Origin: an archaeon
Lineage (GTDB): Archaea; Asgardarchaeota; Thorarchaeia; Thorarchaeales; Thorarchaeaceae
DNA length: 35,645 nucleotides
NCBI GenBank assembly: GCA_024276825.1
Contig: JAJRWI010000040.1
Coordinates: 1 to 35,645 of the forward strand
Reading direction: 5' to 3'
Shown: in pieces, positions 1 through 8,693 of the stretch
How positions within the stretch are numbered: position 1 is the first letter of the stretch
How the letters are laid out: every line of letters starts with the position of its first letter
Notes under the pieces: model-generated
What the model saw: the letters and a program-made list of their open reading frames with translations, nothing else
The model's database searches: none
What the model was told of the DNA's origin: nothing
Program-made: the position numbers and the translations under genes

Positions 1-630
1 GGGTCTGTCAAGAGCTATGCTCATTGCACTACATGTCAAAAGTGCGTGAAAGAATGCTCTGATGAAGCAATATCTCTCAAGCCTCCTTCTTTACACGATA
101 TCATTAAGGCCTCAGAAGGATTAGAATCACCCGCAAGAATGAGAACAACACTTGGTTCAGTAGTGAAGAATATTGCCGCCAAACTAGATAATATTGAATT
201 GAACATACCTGATAGCATAACAGGGCTGTTGATACCAATCTGGGACTCAAAAAAATGCATTGGCTGTAGGGAATGTGAACTTGATGTATGTCCTTTCAAT
301 GTCATTGAAACCCCCATTCGCTTACCAACATTTTCTGAAACTTCCCCTCATCGGGCTTTTGTGAGAATTCACTCGAACACTGCAATGCTTCATGGATTGC
401 ATGAAGGCGATCGAGTAGTGATCGAGTCAAGACATGGCAGAGTTGAGAACATTATTTGTGAGATAGATGACGATATTGATCCACGAATTGTCTGGGCCAG
501 CGATGGCTGGTGGGATCGGGATGGTAATATGAACCTTCTCACAGATGACTTACATACTGCATTCGGTCATACACCTGGTTTTAACTCGGTGCTTGTTAGA
601 ATCAAAAAGATGAAGCGAACTGCTAGCTGA
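1..630 (+). CDS. Molybdopterin-dependent oxidoreductase, C-terminal part (5'-truncated): two [4Fe-4S] motifs plus molybdopterin-dinucleotide-binding domain
   Basis: Frame 1 is open from base 1 (GSVKSYAHCTTCQKCVKECS...), so the track start at 46 is internal. CxxCxxCxxxC at 25-57 and CIGCRECELDVCP at 256-294. These are followed by FVRIHSNTAMLHGLHEGDRVVIESRHGRV...GWW...NLLT...FNSVLVRIKK, typical of the C-terminal domain of DMSO-reductase-family enzymes. Confidence 0.8.
   Translation, partial: GSVKSYAHCTTCQKCVKECSDEAISLKPPSLHDIIKASEGLESPARMRTTLGSVVKNIAAKLDNIELNIPDSITGLLIPIWDSKKCIGCRECELDVCPFNVIETPIRLPTFSETSPHRAFVRIHSNTAMLHGLHEGDRVVIESRHGRVENIICEIDDDIDPRIVWASDGWWDRDGNMNLLTDDLHTAFGHTPGFNSVLVRIKKMKRTAS
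471..533 (+). repeat. 63-bp direct repeat, copy 1 (inside the oxidoreductase gene)
   Basis: cgatattgatccacgaattgtctgggccagCgatggctggtgggatcgggatggtaatatgaa; 62/63 identical to 1442-1504. Confidence 0.97.
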
Positions 631-994
631 GTCCAGTTGTATTATTATGAAACATGTTCATGAATGAATACGCTCTTGAAATCCTTGGAAACCTCAAGAT
701 TTGATACTCCCATAGAGTTTGTATCTGTACGGTAGATATTGTTCATTTTATCTACTTTGTCCATGATTCTGAAATAAATCCTCAAAATGAGAACAAGAGA
801 AATTGATTCTTTTATGGTCATGCTAAATGAAACTTAAAAATATGGCATGACGAGAGCGAGTTTGTTGTCAATGATTGAACCATTAAATTTTGGCTTACAA
901 AACAAAATCACTCTCTTTTTTTGAAGCGACAAAAATTCATCTTCACTCTGGCTTGAATTACTGTTTTCTAGATATTCAGATAAATGCACATCAG

Positions 995-1246
995 CTAGTC
1001 ACCTGAATAGTGTTCAAATCGTTCTTTATTTGCTTGATTCTTCGATTGTAACAGAAAAACAATGCATATGGCAATCGGAATTAGAATGTGAATTACAAGA
1101 AACAAAACCTCTCCCAATGTAGAGTATGTTATCGCTACTGCAATTAGAGCTAAAAAGATCAAAAGACAAATCCAACCCTCTTTGGTTCTTAAATCAACCC
1201 CAATTTCTGCGTCCCCGTTCACGTCATCTCTTCCTGTATGTTTCAA
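995..1246 (-). CDS. Small two-TM hypothetical membrane protein (start uncertain; GTG at 1222 possible)
   Basis: Two hydrophobic stretches (WICLLIFLALIAVAITY; VLFLVIHILIPIAICIVFLL) and a charged tail. It is the only sizeable ORF between the two repeat copies. Confidence 0.55.
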   Translation of the reverse strand: MKHTGRDDVNGDAEIGVDLRTKEGWICLLIFLALIAVAITYSTLGEVLFLVIHILIPIAICIVFLLQSKNQANKERFEHYSGD

Positions 1247-1441
1247 ATGTTTCTGAGAATTTAGTCATTTATTCTTTTACCAGATAAAATGAAACCTATA
1301 CTTAACAAGTTCCAAATTTATATTAAATCGAATTATACAAATATAGAATAATAGATTATTATATATTAACAAATTAATTAATTCTTTTGAGGATTGTTTG
1401 ATTATCTACATGATTCAAAAGCTATATCAATTAGAAGAATT

Positions 1442-1504
1442 CGATATTGATCCACGAATTGTCTGGGCCAGTGATGGCTGGTGGGATCGGGATGGTAATA
1501 TGAA
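1442..1504 (+). repeat. 63-bp direct repeat, copy 2
   Basis: Matches 471-533 with one C/T difference (501 vs 1472); offset 971 bp. Confidence 0.97.
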
Positions 1505-1622
1505 TCTAATAACCGATCACAAACACATCGCCTTCGGTCATACCCCATGATTCAATTCCGTGCTTGTCAAAATAAAGCCCGTACAAGTGATACTGACTTC
1601 ATCCACTAAACAAGTTTCATGA
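1443..1622 (+). pseudogene. Displaced, inactivated 3' end of the molybdopterin oxidoreductase gene
   Basis: Translates DIDPRIVWASDGWWDRDGNMNLITDHKHIAFGHTP*FNSVLVKIKPVQVILTSSTKQVS*, against the intact ...GNMNLLTDDLHTAFGHTPGFNSVLVRIKK. In-frame TGA at 1548-1550 sits at the Gly position, and the upstream part of the gene is absent. Confidence 0.88.
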
Positions 1623-1751
1623 ATTAAATTTGAGCCTTGACTCATCATCTTGTGCGATTGCTCGTTCTATGAAATTGAAGCAAATGCAAATTGGAACAGG
1701 AATTGAAGTCATAAAAACAATCATAATACTGAATTTGTAATTTTATGGTTT

Positions 1752-3302
1752 CTATTTGTCTGGGCCAACTATGAACGAGATTATAAGCAGTGCTACTCCA
1801 ATGGCAGCAAACATCAAATAGCCCGAAAATGAAACATAAGCAACCACTATTAAGAATAACATATTCACACAACAAATGCAAAAACCGCACTCTGAATACT
1901 TGTCATCAACTTTTTTACTTAAAATGTTTAGACCTATTGTAATTAAAAATAATCCATAAATTCCCATATATACTAATGCAATGATATCCATCTCCAAGAA
2001 ATTCAAAGAGAATAAAAATGTAGGATTAAAAATTGAATTATATAAATCTTGATCGATAAACCAGACTATTAAAGAAATTAGTGGATATAACAACACAGCA
2101 CCTGCAATTATAAAAATAGCGGCAATAAACCCTTTATGATGTCTTTGGATAAACTGCTTGAGTTTTTGGGTTCGAGGTTCAACTGGTTCAGGCAAATCAA
2201 AAATAAATGCAGTTGTATGAATATCGCTTGTTCTAGAAATTTCTATATCTTGTTGCCTTTCTTCAATATTTATCTGGGCTTCGTCTTCTCTCTTGTATTT
2301 TCCATAATTCGGGTTTTCTTTTGCTTTCATAACAGCGAATTCATCTCCGTGCTGGATAATGAAGTCAAGAACATCTGGCGGACAATTTGGGTTCTGTGCT
2401 AGTTGATAATGAACATTCAATTTTGATAATTGACACCCTGGTTGTCCCATGATTTTTGCCATTTGGCGTAGTATATCAGGCGGTGTATTTGGATTAAGTG
2501 CAACTAAAGAACGAACAGAGTAGGCTGGATGACACGAGAGAACTCTCAATATCTCTGGATTTGTTTCATGGTTCTTTGCAATATCTTTCAACTCGCTAAG
2601 GCTTTTATTCGAGAGACTATCTGGCAGTTTGATTGATGAATGCTTAAACTCGATCCTTTCTATCGAATCGTACGCGGCATGCATTAATTCTGCAATACTG
2701 GTTTCATTATAAATCTTATAAAGAAACATTAACGCATCTTCGTCTCCAAGCACGCCAAGCGCATGAATCGCACATTCTGCTGCATACCACTGATATTGTC
2801 CAACTGGATCAGAATCAAATGTCCCTTTTGATGTGGCAAGACTCATAAGTGGCTTTAGGACGCTCTTGCCGCCAATTTTTGCTAAGATAAAGGGAATCCA
2901 CCCATTCTTCCTGATGTTTTTGACTAGTACAGGTATTGCTCGCTCACCTAAAGCAACAATTTCATCCACAGTCGAATCATATCTCAATGCAGTTCTTCGT
3001 GGTTCCAATTTATTTACAAGTTCCATGACCTTTTTATCAAAGCTATCTACTTCTTGTTCACTTTCCTGACTAACCAATTTGAATTCCATCATCCCAACAG
3101 TTTTTATGTGCCCTTGATCCTTTAATATGGCAAATATTGTTGAAAGTGCCATTCGTTCATAATCGAGGTCTGGAAATGACTCGTATCCAAATGATTTATT
3201 TCTGAATTTTTCTCTCAGCATAGCAAGGAAGTCTTGAACAAGATCCATTTGTTCTGCATAAGACATACTCATCCAAATTTCGCGGTTTAATCTCTTTCTC
3301 AT
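1752..3302 (-). CDS. HEAT (PBS-lyase-like) / LRV-repeat protein with C-terminal membrane domain
   Basis: HEAT-like units (ALGERAIPVLV; LAKIGGKSVLKPL; AIHALGVLGDEDAL), LRV-like units (VALNPNTPPDILRQMA; LAQNPNCPPDVLDFI) and about 4 C-terminal hydrophobic helices. Confidence 0.75.
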   Translation of the reverse strand: MRKRLNREIWMSMSYAEQMDLVQDFLAMLREKFRNKSFGYESFPDLDYERMALSTIFAILKDQGHIKTVGMMEFKLVSQESEQEVDSFDKKVMELVNKLEPRRTALRYDSTVDEIVALGERAIPVLVKNIRKNGWIPFILAKIGGKSVLKPLMSLATSKGTFDSDPVGQYQWYAAECAIHALGVLGDEDALMFLYKIYNETSIAELMHAAYDSIERIEFKHSSIKLPDSLSNKSLSELKDIAKNHETNPEILRVLSCHPAYSVRSLVALNPNTPPDILRQMAKIMGQPGCQLSKLNVHYQLAQNPNCPPDVLDFIIQHGDEFAVMKAKENPNYGKYKREDEAQINIEERQQDIEISRTSDIHTTAFIFDLPEPVEPRTQKLKQFIQRHHKGFIAAIFIIAGAVLLYPLISLIVWFIDQDLYNSIFNPTFLFSLNFLEMDIIALVYMGIYGLFLITIGLNILSKKVDDKYSECGFCICCVNMLFLIVVAYVSFSGYLMFAAIGVALLIISFIVGPDK

Positions 3303-3350
3303 TTGACATCACCATGACAGAAATATTCTAGATAAAGGGCATAGATCAAC

Positions 3351-5711
3351 TCAGAGTTGGTCAGGCCTGTCAGTGCAAACCAATAATGCATTCTTGCTTC
3401 CACAATTAAAGCATTCACCTCGATAAGCTGAACGCGAATGATCTGCTCCCATATTGATAACCTTACCACCATGTTCAAGGATATCAGATAGAATTCCTGA
3501 CATTGCACTCATATAAGATACCGAATGATCTAACCGAACTAAGCAATTTTTGCATATAAGAGCAAATTTGAATGGTTTTTGCGAAAGTTTTACAATTTTT
3601 TTATATATTTTGGGAAATTCGCTTAATTCGATAAAAATGGCACATTCAACTCCCATTGCCATTGCAAGTATTGCGTGTTTTACGTGTGAAAGTAAACTAA
3701 CATCTTTCCCTGAATTTGGAAAAGTTATAGTTTGTTTCCCCTCAACCTTTTTTCTAACTCTTCCTGGAGATCCCTCATATTTTGAATACACCTTGTAGGT
3801 CAGTCCAATTGCTAATATGAATCCAGATACTATTGCTAATATTATGCCTGATAAATTAGAAAATACATTCCTGGGGTCTGTTCCATCCAAATATTCATTA
3901 TAATTAGAAACGCCATCTCCATCAGCATCTAAAGCCGCATCTGAGGGATCAAGTGGATTAAGGGCATACGAAACTTCCCATTGATCCGGCATTCCGTCGT
4001 AATCAGTATCCATATTATTTGGGTTTAAGCCATTTTCAACCTCAAAAGAATCTGAAAGACCGTCTCCATCTGTATCAATATTAACCGGAGAACATCCATA
4101 TATATACTCATCCACATTTGACAGTCCATCCGAATCAAAATCAGAATTTGCATCAGCTGACGACAATGGGTTTAACCCATAAACGAGTTCCCATCCATCC
4201 GGCATTTCATCCCAATCTGAATCATAATAATCCGGATTAGTCCCAACTTTTAATTCCTGGGCATTACGTATAAAATCACTATCAGCATCAAAATCATATG
4301 TGTTACGTGTATTGTTTGCATTTCCACCTTGACTTTGCCAATATCCTTGAATTGATGAAACTGGGATATTTCTAAAATCCAATACATATAACTTCCTGTT
4401 TTGTGTTACGAACGTTAATTCTAACTTATTATCATTATCAAGATCTGCAATGACTGGTGTGGAAGCTATCACAAAATTTGAGTTTCCTGTATCAAACTGA
4501 TATTCAATAGTTCCATTTATGCCATTGAGGAAATATACTATACCAGTTGTGGTTGCAATAATCACATCAACATAATTGTCACCATCCATATCACCAACCA
4601 AAGGGGTCATCTCATGAGATATCTCTAGGTTTTGCACATCTGCCGTAATTCCTGGGGAATTCTCCCAATAAACTGACCCATCCTCACCATTGAGTGCATA
4701 TAATGTTGAAGGTCCATCATCATTATCTGCAACAACTAGAATCTCTGGCTTTCCATCTGCATCTACATCTCCAATTGAATTCTTGAAAACACTTTGCGAG
4801 CCAAAACTTCTTGTCCATAATGGATCACCGTTTTCAGCATTTAATGCGAAAACCCCTTCTTCTGAACACATTACAACTTCTAAGTCATTATTATTATCCA
4901 AATCTGTGAGTGAAAGTGAATTTACAGAACCTTCTGATGTATATGACCAAATAAGTGACCCATTCACCTGATTCAAAGAATATGTTTTGTGATCATTTGA
5001 ACCAATAAACACTTCAGGGATATCATCTCCATCACTATCACCAATGGCAATTGCATTAATGGAAGACCCTGCAGTAAACGACCACACAAGTGTTCCATTA
5101 TTCCGCAGGCAATACAGTGTACTGCCACCAGCCACTAAAATCTCTACGTTTCCATCATTATTTAAATCAATGATTGTTGGTGAAACAGACATTTTGCCAG
5201 TGATGTAGTCCCAATTCTTTTGTAAGCTGCTGGGCATTATACTATAGCAATGAACCCTTCCATCATTTAACCCTAGAATGATCTCCATCTCTGTATCATT
5301 ATCAATATTGGAAACTATTGGACTATTGAGTTGGTTTCCTTCTCCAAGGTTAGGCAACATCATATTGGCACCATCTATCCCTTTAAAAATAATCAGCATT
5401 GATGATGGGTTTCCATCCAAATGAACAACAATTTCCTCCCATCCATCATTATTAATATCTGCCACAACGGGTGCTGATGAAGCCATACTACCCGGGAGAT
5501 CTTTCGTCCAGAGTAATTCGGGCTCGTATTGGACAGTTAATTGTTTATTATGTTGATTTGCGTTAACCGCAATTTTGCTTATTTGCTGCGGATTCAAAAT
5601 ATTTTGGCCGCAAATGGCCGCTGAATAAAAAAGAGATGTAATTAATAATAGTGAAAAAGCCAATCCTCTTCTTTTAGATATATTTAGTGCCATTGACAGT
5701 ACATCCAACAT
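3351..5711 (-). CDS. Single-pass surface protein: FG-GAP/VCBS-PQQ beta-propeller, 6 thrombospondin-type-3-like Ca-binding repeats, TM helix, cytoplasmic CxxC/CxxC domain
   Basis: N-terminal signal-like segment. Repeated DxxxDGxxE(I/V) blades (ADINNDGWEEIVV, DLNNDGNVEILV, GDVDADGKPEILV and others) with ALNxxxGxxxW PQQ-type motifs. Six DxDxDxxx(D/N)xxE repeats, TM GIILAIVSGFILAIGLTY, then CKNC...CFNC. Confidence 0.85.
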   Translation of the reverse strand: MLDVLSMALNISKRRGLAFSLLLITSLFYSAAICGQNILNPQQISKIAVNANQHNKQLTVQYEPELLWTKDLPGSMASSAPVVADINNDGWEEIVVHLDGNPSSMLIIFKGIDGANMMLPNLGEGNQLNSPIVSNIDNDTEMEIILGLNDGRVHCYSIMPSSLQKNWDYITGKMSVSPTIIDLNNDGNVEILVAGGSTLYCLRNNGTLVWSFTAGSSINAIAIGDSDGDDIPEVFIGSNDHKTYSLNQVNGSLIWSYTSEGSVNSLSLTDLDNNNDLEVVMCSEEGVFALNAENGDPLWTRSFGSQSVFKNSIGDVDADGKPEILVVADNDDGPSTLYALNGEDGSVYWENSPGITADVQNLEISHEMTPLVGDMDGDNYVDVIIATTTGIVYFLNGINGTIEYQFDTGNSNFVIASTPVIADLDNDNKLELTFVTQNRKLYVLDFRNIPVSSIQGYWQSQGGNANNTRNTYDFDADSDFIRNAQELKVGTNPDYYDSDWDEMPDGWELVYGLNPLSSADANSDFDSDGLSNVDEYIYGCSPVNIDTDGDGLSDSFEVENGLNPNNMDTDYDGMPDQWEVSYALNPLDPSDAALDADGDGVSNYNEYLDGTDPRNVFSNLSGIILAIVSGFILAIGLTYKVYSKYEGSPGRVRKKVEGKQTITFPNSGKDVSLLSHVKHAILAMAMGVECAIFIELSEFPKIYKKIVKLSQKPFKFALICKNCLVRLDHSVSYMSAMSGILSDILEHGGKVINMGADHSRSAYRGECFNCGSKNALLVCTDRPDQL

Positions 5712-5901
5712 TAATCATAAACTTCCTTAATCAACGTCTTCTATAAAAATTTTGTTTGAGTGGTCGAAAAATGATATTTGGGTGGGCTCTTATTTTTTCC
5801 ACTAAATTAGCTTTTACTGGGAATTGCATGTATTATTGCACAATTATATCAACCAAGGCAAAACTATATTTTGCGCGCTTTTGAGAAACTAGTGATGAAA
5901 G

Positions 5902-6966
5902 ATGGATCCTCGAGTGGAAGAGCATGCAAAGATCATTGTAGAATGGAGTACAGAGATAAAGCCTGGTGATATGGTCACAATTGCGGCATCACCAGCATCT
6001 CATGATTTAGCTGTGGCAGTTTCAAAGGAGGTTGCTAGGGCTGGCGGCATCCCTATGGTCTTGATGTCTAGTGAAGAAATAGCTCGAGCATTCTTTGATG
6101 GTGCGAGCGAAGAAACACTGAAGATATTTCCAAAACATGAAAAGAGCCTTACAGAAAGCACTGATGTTTTCATATTCATCAGATCTCCTGTGAACATCAA
6201 GGCACTTGCAAATGTTGAGCCAAACAAGATGCTAACCGTTGGAAAAGTCAGAAAGGAGATCAATGATATTCGACTCTCGAAAAGGTGGTGCCTTACAGTT
6301 CATCCCTGTGCCACTCTTGCTCAACAAGCAAACATGAGTCTTGATGAGTATCAGGATTTTGTCTACAATGCCACTCTTATTGATTGGAAAGAAGAGAGTC
6401 GAATGATGTACTTGATGAAGGAGCATCTTGAGCGACACAATGACATTCGTTTTGTAGGTCCTGAAACCGATCTTTATGCATCCACCAAGGGCAGGATCTG
6501 GATAGCCTCAGATGGTAAGCATAATCTTCCTAGTGGTGAAGTGTTCACTGCTCCTGTTGAAGATACAGTGGAAGGCAAGATCTACTTTGACATTCCATTC
6601 TTATTTCAGGGCAAAGTCATTGAAGGCGTTCGTCTGACCTTTGAAAAAGGTGAAGTTGTTGATTACTCTGCTGAGAAATCTCAAGATGTTCTGAAAAAGA
6701 TTTTAGAGATTGATGAGGGCTCAAGGCGCCTTGGTGAGATGGCAATTGGAACAAATCGTGGCATAAAACAATATACACTAAACATGCTGTTTGATGAGAA
6801 GATTGGTGATACTATCCACTGCGCCCTTGGCAATGCATACAAGGACAATAACGGGACAAATACTTCAGCAGTCCATGTAGATATGATAAAGACAATGATA
6901 GATGGCGAAATAATTGCGGGCGATGAAGTCATCTACTCTAAGGGCAAGTACTTTTATGAAATGTAG
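5902..6966 (+). CDS. Aminopeptidase, peptidase family M29 (AmpS/AmpT-like)
   Basis: Motifs NLPSGEVFTAP, LGEMAIGTN, LFDEKIGDTIHCALGNAY and SAVHVDM. Confidence 0.95.
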   Translation: MDPRVEEHAKIIVEWSTEIKPGDMVTIAASPASHDLAVAVSKEVARAGGIPMVLMSSEEIARAFFDGASEETLKIFPKHEKSLTESTDVFIFIRSPVNIKALANVEPNKMLTVGKVRKEINDIRLSKRWCLTVHPCATLAQQANMSLDEYQDFVYNATLIDWKEESRMMYLMKEHLERHNDIRFVGPETDLYASTKGRIWIASDGKHNLPSGEVFTAPVEDTVEGKIYFDIPFLFQGKVIEGVRLTFEKGEVVDYSAEKSQDVLKKILEIDEGSRRLGEMAIGTNRGIKQYTLNMLFDEKIGDTIHCALGNAYKDNNGTNTSAVHVDMIKTMIDGEIIAGDEVIYSKGKYFYEM

Positions 6967-6976
6967 ATTGGACTGG

Positions 6977-6998
6977 TCCCCATATTCCAATATGGGGA
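6977..6998. terminator. Inverted repeat between convergent genes (putative bidirectional terminator)
   Basis: tccccatatt-cc-aatatgggga, a perfect 10-bp inverted repeat between the stops at 6966 (+) and 7010 (-). Confidence 0.6.
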
Positions 6999-7009
6999 TC
7001 TCTGCTCTC

Positions 7010-8680
7010 CTATGCAATCTTTTTCAAGAATTCAACAAATGCGTTTGCAAGCATTAGTCTATGATCAAGTTTAGTTTCAATCTCGTATTTCTTGCCATAT
7101 ACAGTGGGGACATTTTTCACAATTGCCATGGGCACATAATAGAGACCCTTAACCTCGGGATCAACCGCTTTAACACGCCCCGGGTCAAAGCCCTTTCTCT
7201 TGTATGACGAAGGAATCTCTATTCGCGAACCTTCAGCCTTTGCAAGTTCAGCCTCTTCTCTAAAGTTGTGGGCTTGGATGAATATCATCTCCGCATCCTG
7301 AGGGCTAATAATTGGGGGAATCACAATGCTATCTAGCGGTGCTGGCTCTGGCTCAATATACTTCAGGGCCTCCAATGTCTTTTCGAGATTCTTGCCAACG
7401 ACTTTCTTGCCGCTGGGAGTTAGCAAGCTCGGAAAGTCACCGCCGTAGAATCCAGAATAGAGATTGAAACCTGCATCACAAAGAGCGTAGAAGTCTTCAA
7501 CTTCACCCCTCTTCCACCATAATACACCCGTTTTTAGAATTGTTCTGACATATATCAAGTAAAACGGATAGAGAAATGGCGCATTACGAGGCCCCTTGTC
7601 AGGCGGGATAATCCTGACTTCTCTCCGATTAATTGCAGAACTGACCTCACCGATGAACCAAGTGAATTTCTTTGTATCGATATTATCGGTAAACCACGAT
7701 ATATCGATATTATTCAGGGCTTGCTTTTTGAAGAAGAATGTTCTAATAGCCAGCTGATTTAAAGCGTTAATATATTCATTAAATGTTCCCTTTGTGATAC
7801 TCACGTATGAACGCATTATCTCACGCCATGTGAGTAAAGACTCGGCATCATTGGCTAGACCTGCTTCCATAGGGACCCTATGGATTATGGAAACCCCTCC
7901 GAGACCCTTTAATTGTGCTCGCATTTCAATTAATTCACGAACAGTATCATTCAGCCAGAGTTTATCGATGTTCTCATGGTTATCAATCTTTTCTGCAAGC
8001 AATCTGTAGGTTGTTGAGGCAATGTTTAGACGATTCTCAAATATTGAATAGAATGCTGAGTAGTCATTGAAGGTATCATCTCCCTGAATTGCTTCAACGA
8101 TTGCATGCACCTCTTTTGCCAGAAGGCTTAATGTGTTTGCACAACGAATGAAGTTCTCGGGCTCGGGATCCAAACTGAGATTAATTACATCCATTAACAT
8201 CGGAATCATTAGAGCATCAAGTTTAAGCTCAAGAAGCATCTTTTTTGTTTCAGCATTTACCGCAAATGATTGCAATTCTGGTGATTCAAGCCTTCTTGCA
8301 AAGTCTTTCAACGGCTTTCCAGATGCCGCTGTCCATCTGAATCTGGGGCTAAGATCTGGCAATTGAGAATATATCTTAAGATAAACAAGAGGGAAATCGA
8401 GAGAGATATCCTCATTGCCCATAAGATTGGTAAACTCTGTAGCAAGGTCAGGATATATTTCATCCTTGAAATACAAAAGTCGCATTCCTGTGTCAATTCC
8501 CGTCTGCCCAACAACTCCGAGCCTTGAGAGCCATGAACTCATTTCCTTTTTGAATCTAGCAAGTTCGGTTTCTAGATTTGCAATATTATTTGCAAAGCCA
8601 CAGTATTGGCAAATGACCACGCTCTCATTGACTGATACTTCAAGAGGACCGCCGCATTGACCACATGAATATACCTCCAT
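7010..8680 (-). CDS. Hypothetical protein with N-terminal zinc ribbon
   Basis: CGQCGG...CQYCG at the N-terminus. Start moved to ATG 8680 because GGAGG lies 8 nt upstream, directly after the stop of the preceding gene. Confidence 0.8.
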   Translation of the reverse strand: MEVYSCGQCGGPLEVSVNESVVICQYCGFANNIANLETELARFKKEMSSWLSRLGVVGQTGIDTGMRLLYFKDEIYPDLATEFTNLMGNEDISLDFPLVYLKIYSQLPDLSPRFRWTAASGKPLKDFARRLESPELQSFAVNAETKKMLLELKLDALMIPMLMDVINLSLDPEPENFIRCANTLSLLAKEVHAIVEAIQGDDTFNDYSAFYSIFENRLNIASTTYRLLAEKIDNHENIDKLWLNDTVRELIEMRAQLKGLGGVSIIHRVPMEAGLANDAESLLTWREIMRSYVSITKGTFNEYINALNQLAIRTFFFKKQALNNIDISWFTDNIDTKKFTWFIGEVSSAINRREVRIIPPDKGPRNAPFLYPFYLIYVRTILKTGVLWWKRGEVEDFYALCDAGFNLYSGFYGGDFPSLLTPSGKKVVGKNLEKTLEALKYIEPEPAPLDSIVIPPIISPQDAEMIFIQAHNFREEAELAKAEGSRIEIPSSYKRKGFDPGRVKAVDPEVKGLYYVPMAIVKNVPTVYGKKYEIETKLDHRLMLANAFVEFLKKIA

Positions 8681-8693
8681 CACATATCCCTCC

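Noticed and set aside
732-755. gtagata...tatctac inverted repeat
   Set aside because: Only a 7-bp AT-rich stem, expected by chance; no second copy seen.
1548-1550. In-frame TGA as selenocysteine
   Set aside because: It aligns to Gly rather than Cys in the intact copy and lies in a fragment lacking the rest of the gene; a nonsense mutation is simpler.
471-1580. Repeat pair as a diversity-generating retroelement TR/VR
   Set aside because: Differences are not confined to adenines and are largely synonymous; no reverse transcriptase is present in the window.
3351-5711. True integrin or thrombospondin orthologue
   Set aside because: FG-GAP and TSP3-like motifs are widespread in prokaryotic surface proteins; no integrin leg domains, GFFKR motif or beta subunit are seen.
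631-5900. Autonomous mobile element or provirus
   Set aside because: No integrase, transposase, terminal inverted repeats or viral genes are recognisable; kept only as an accessory islet.
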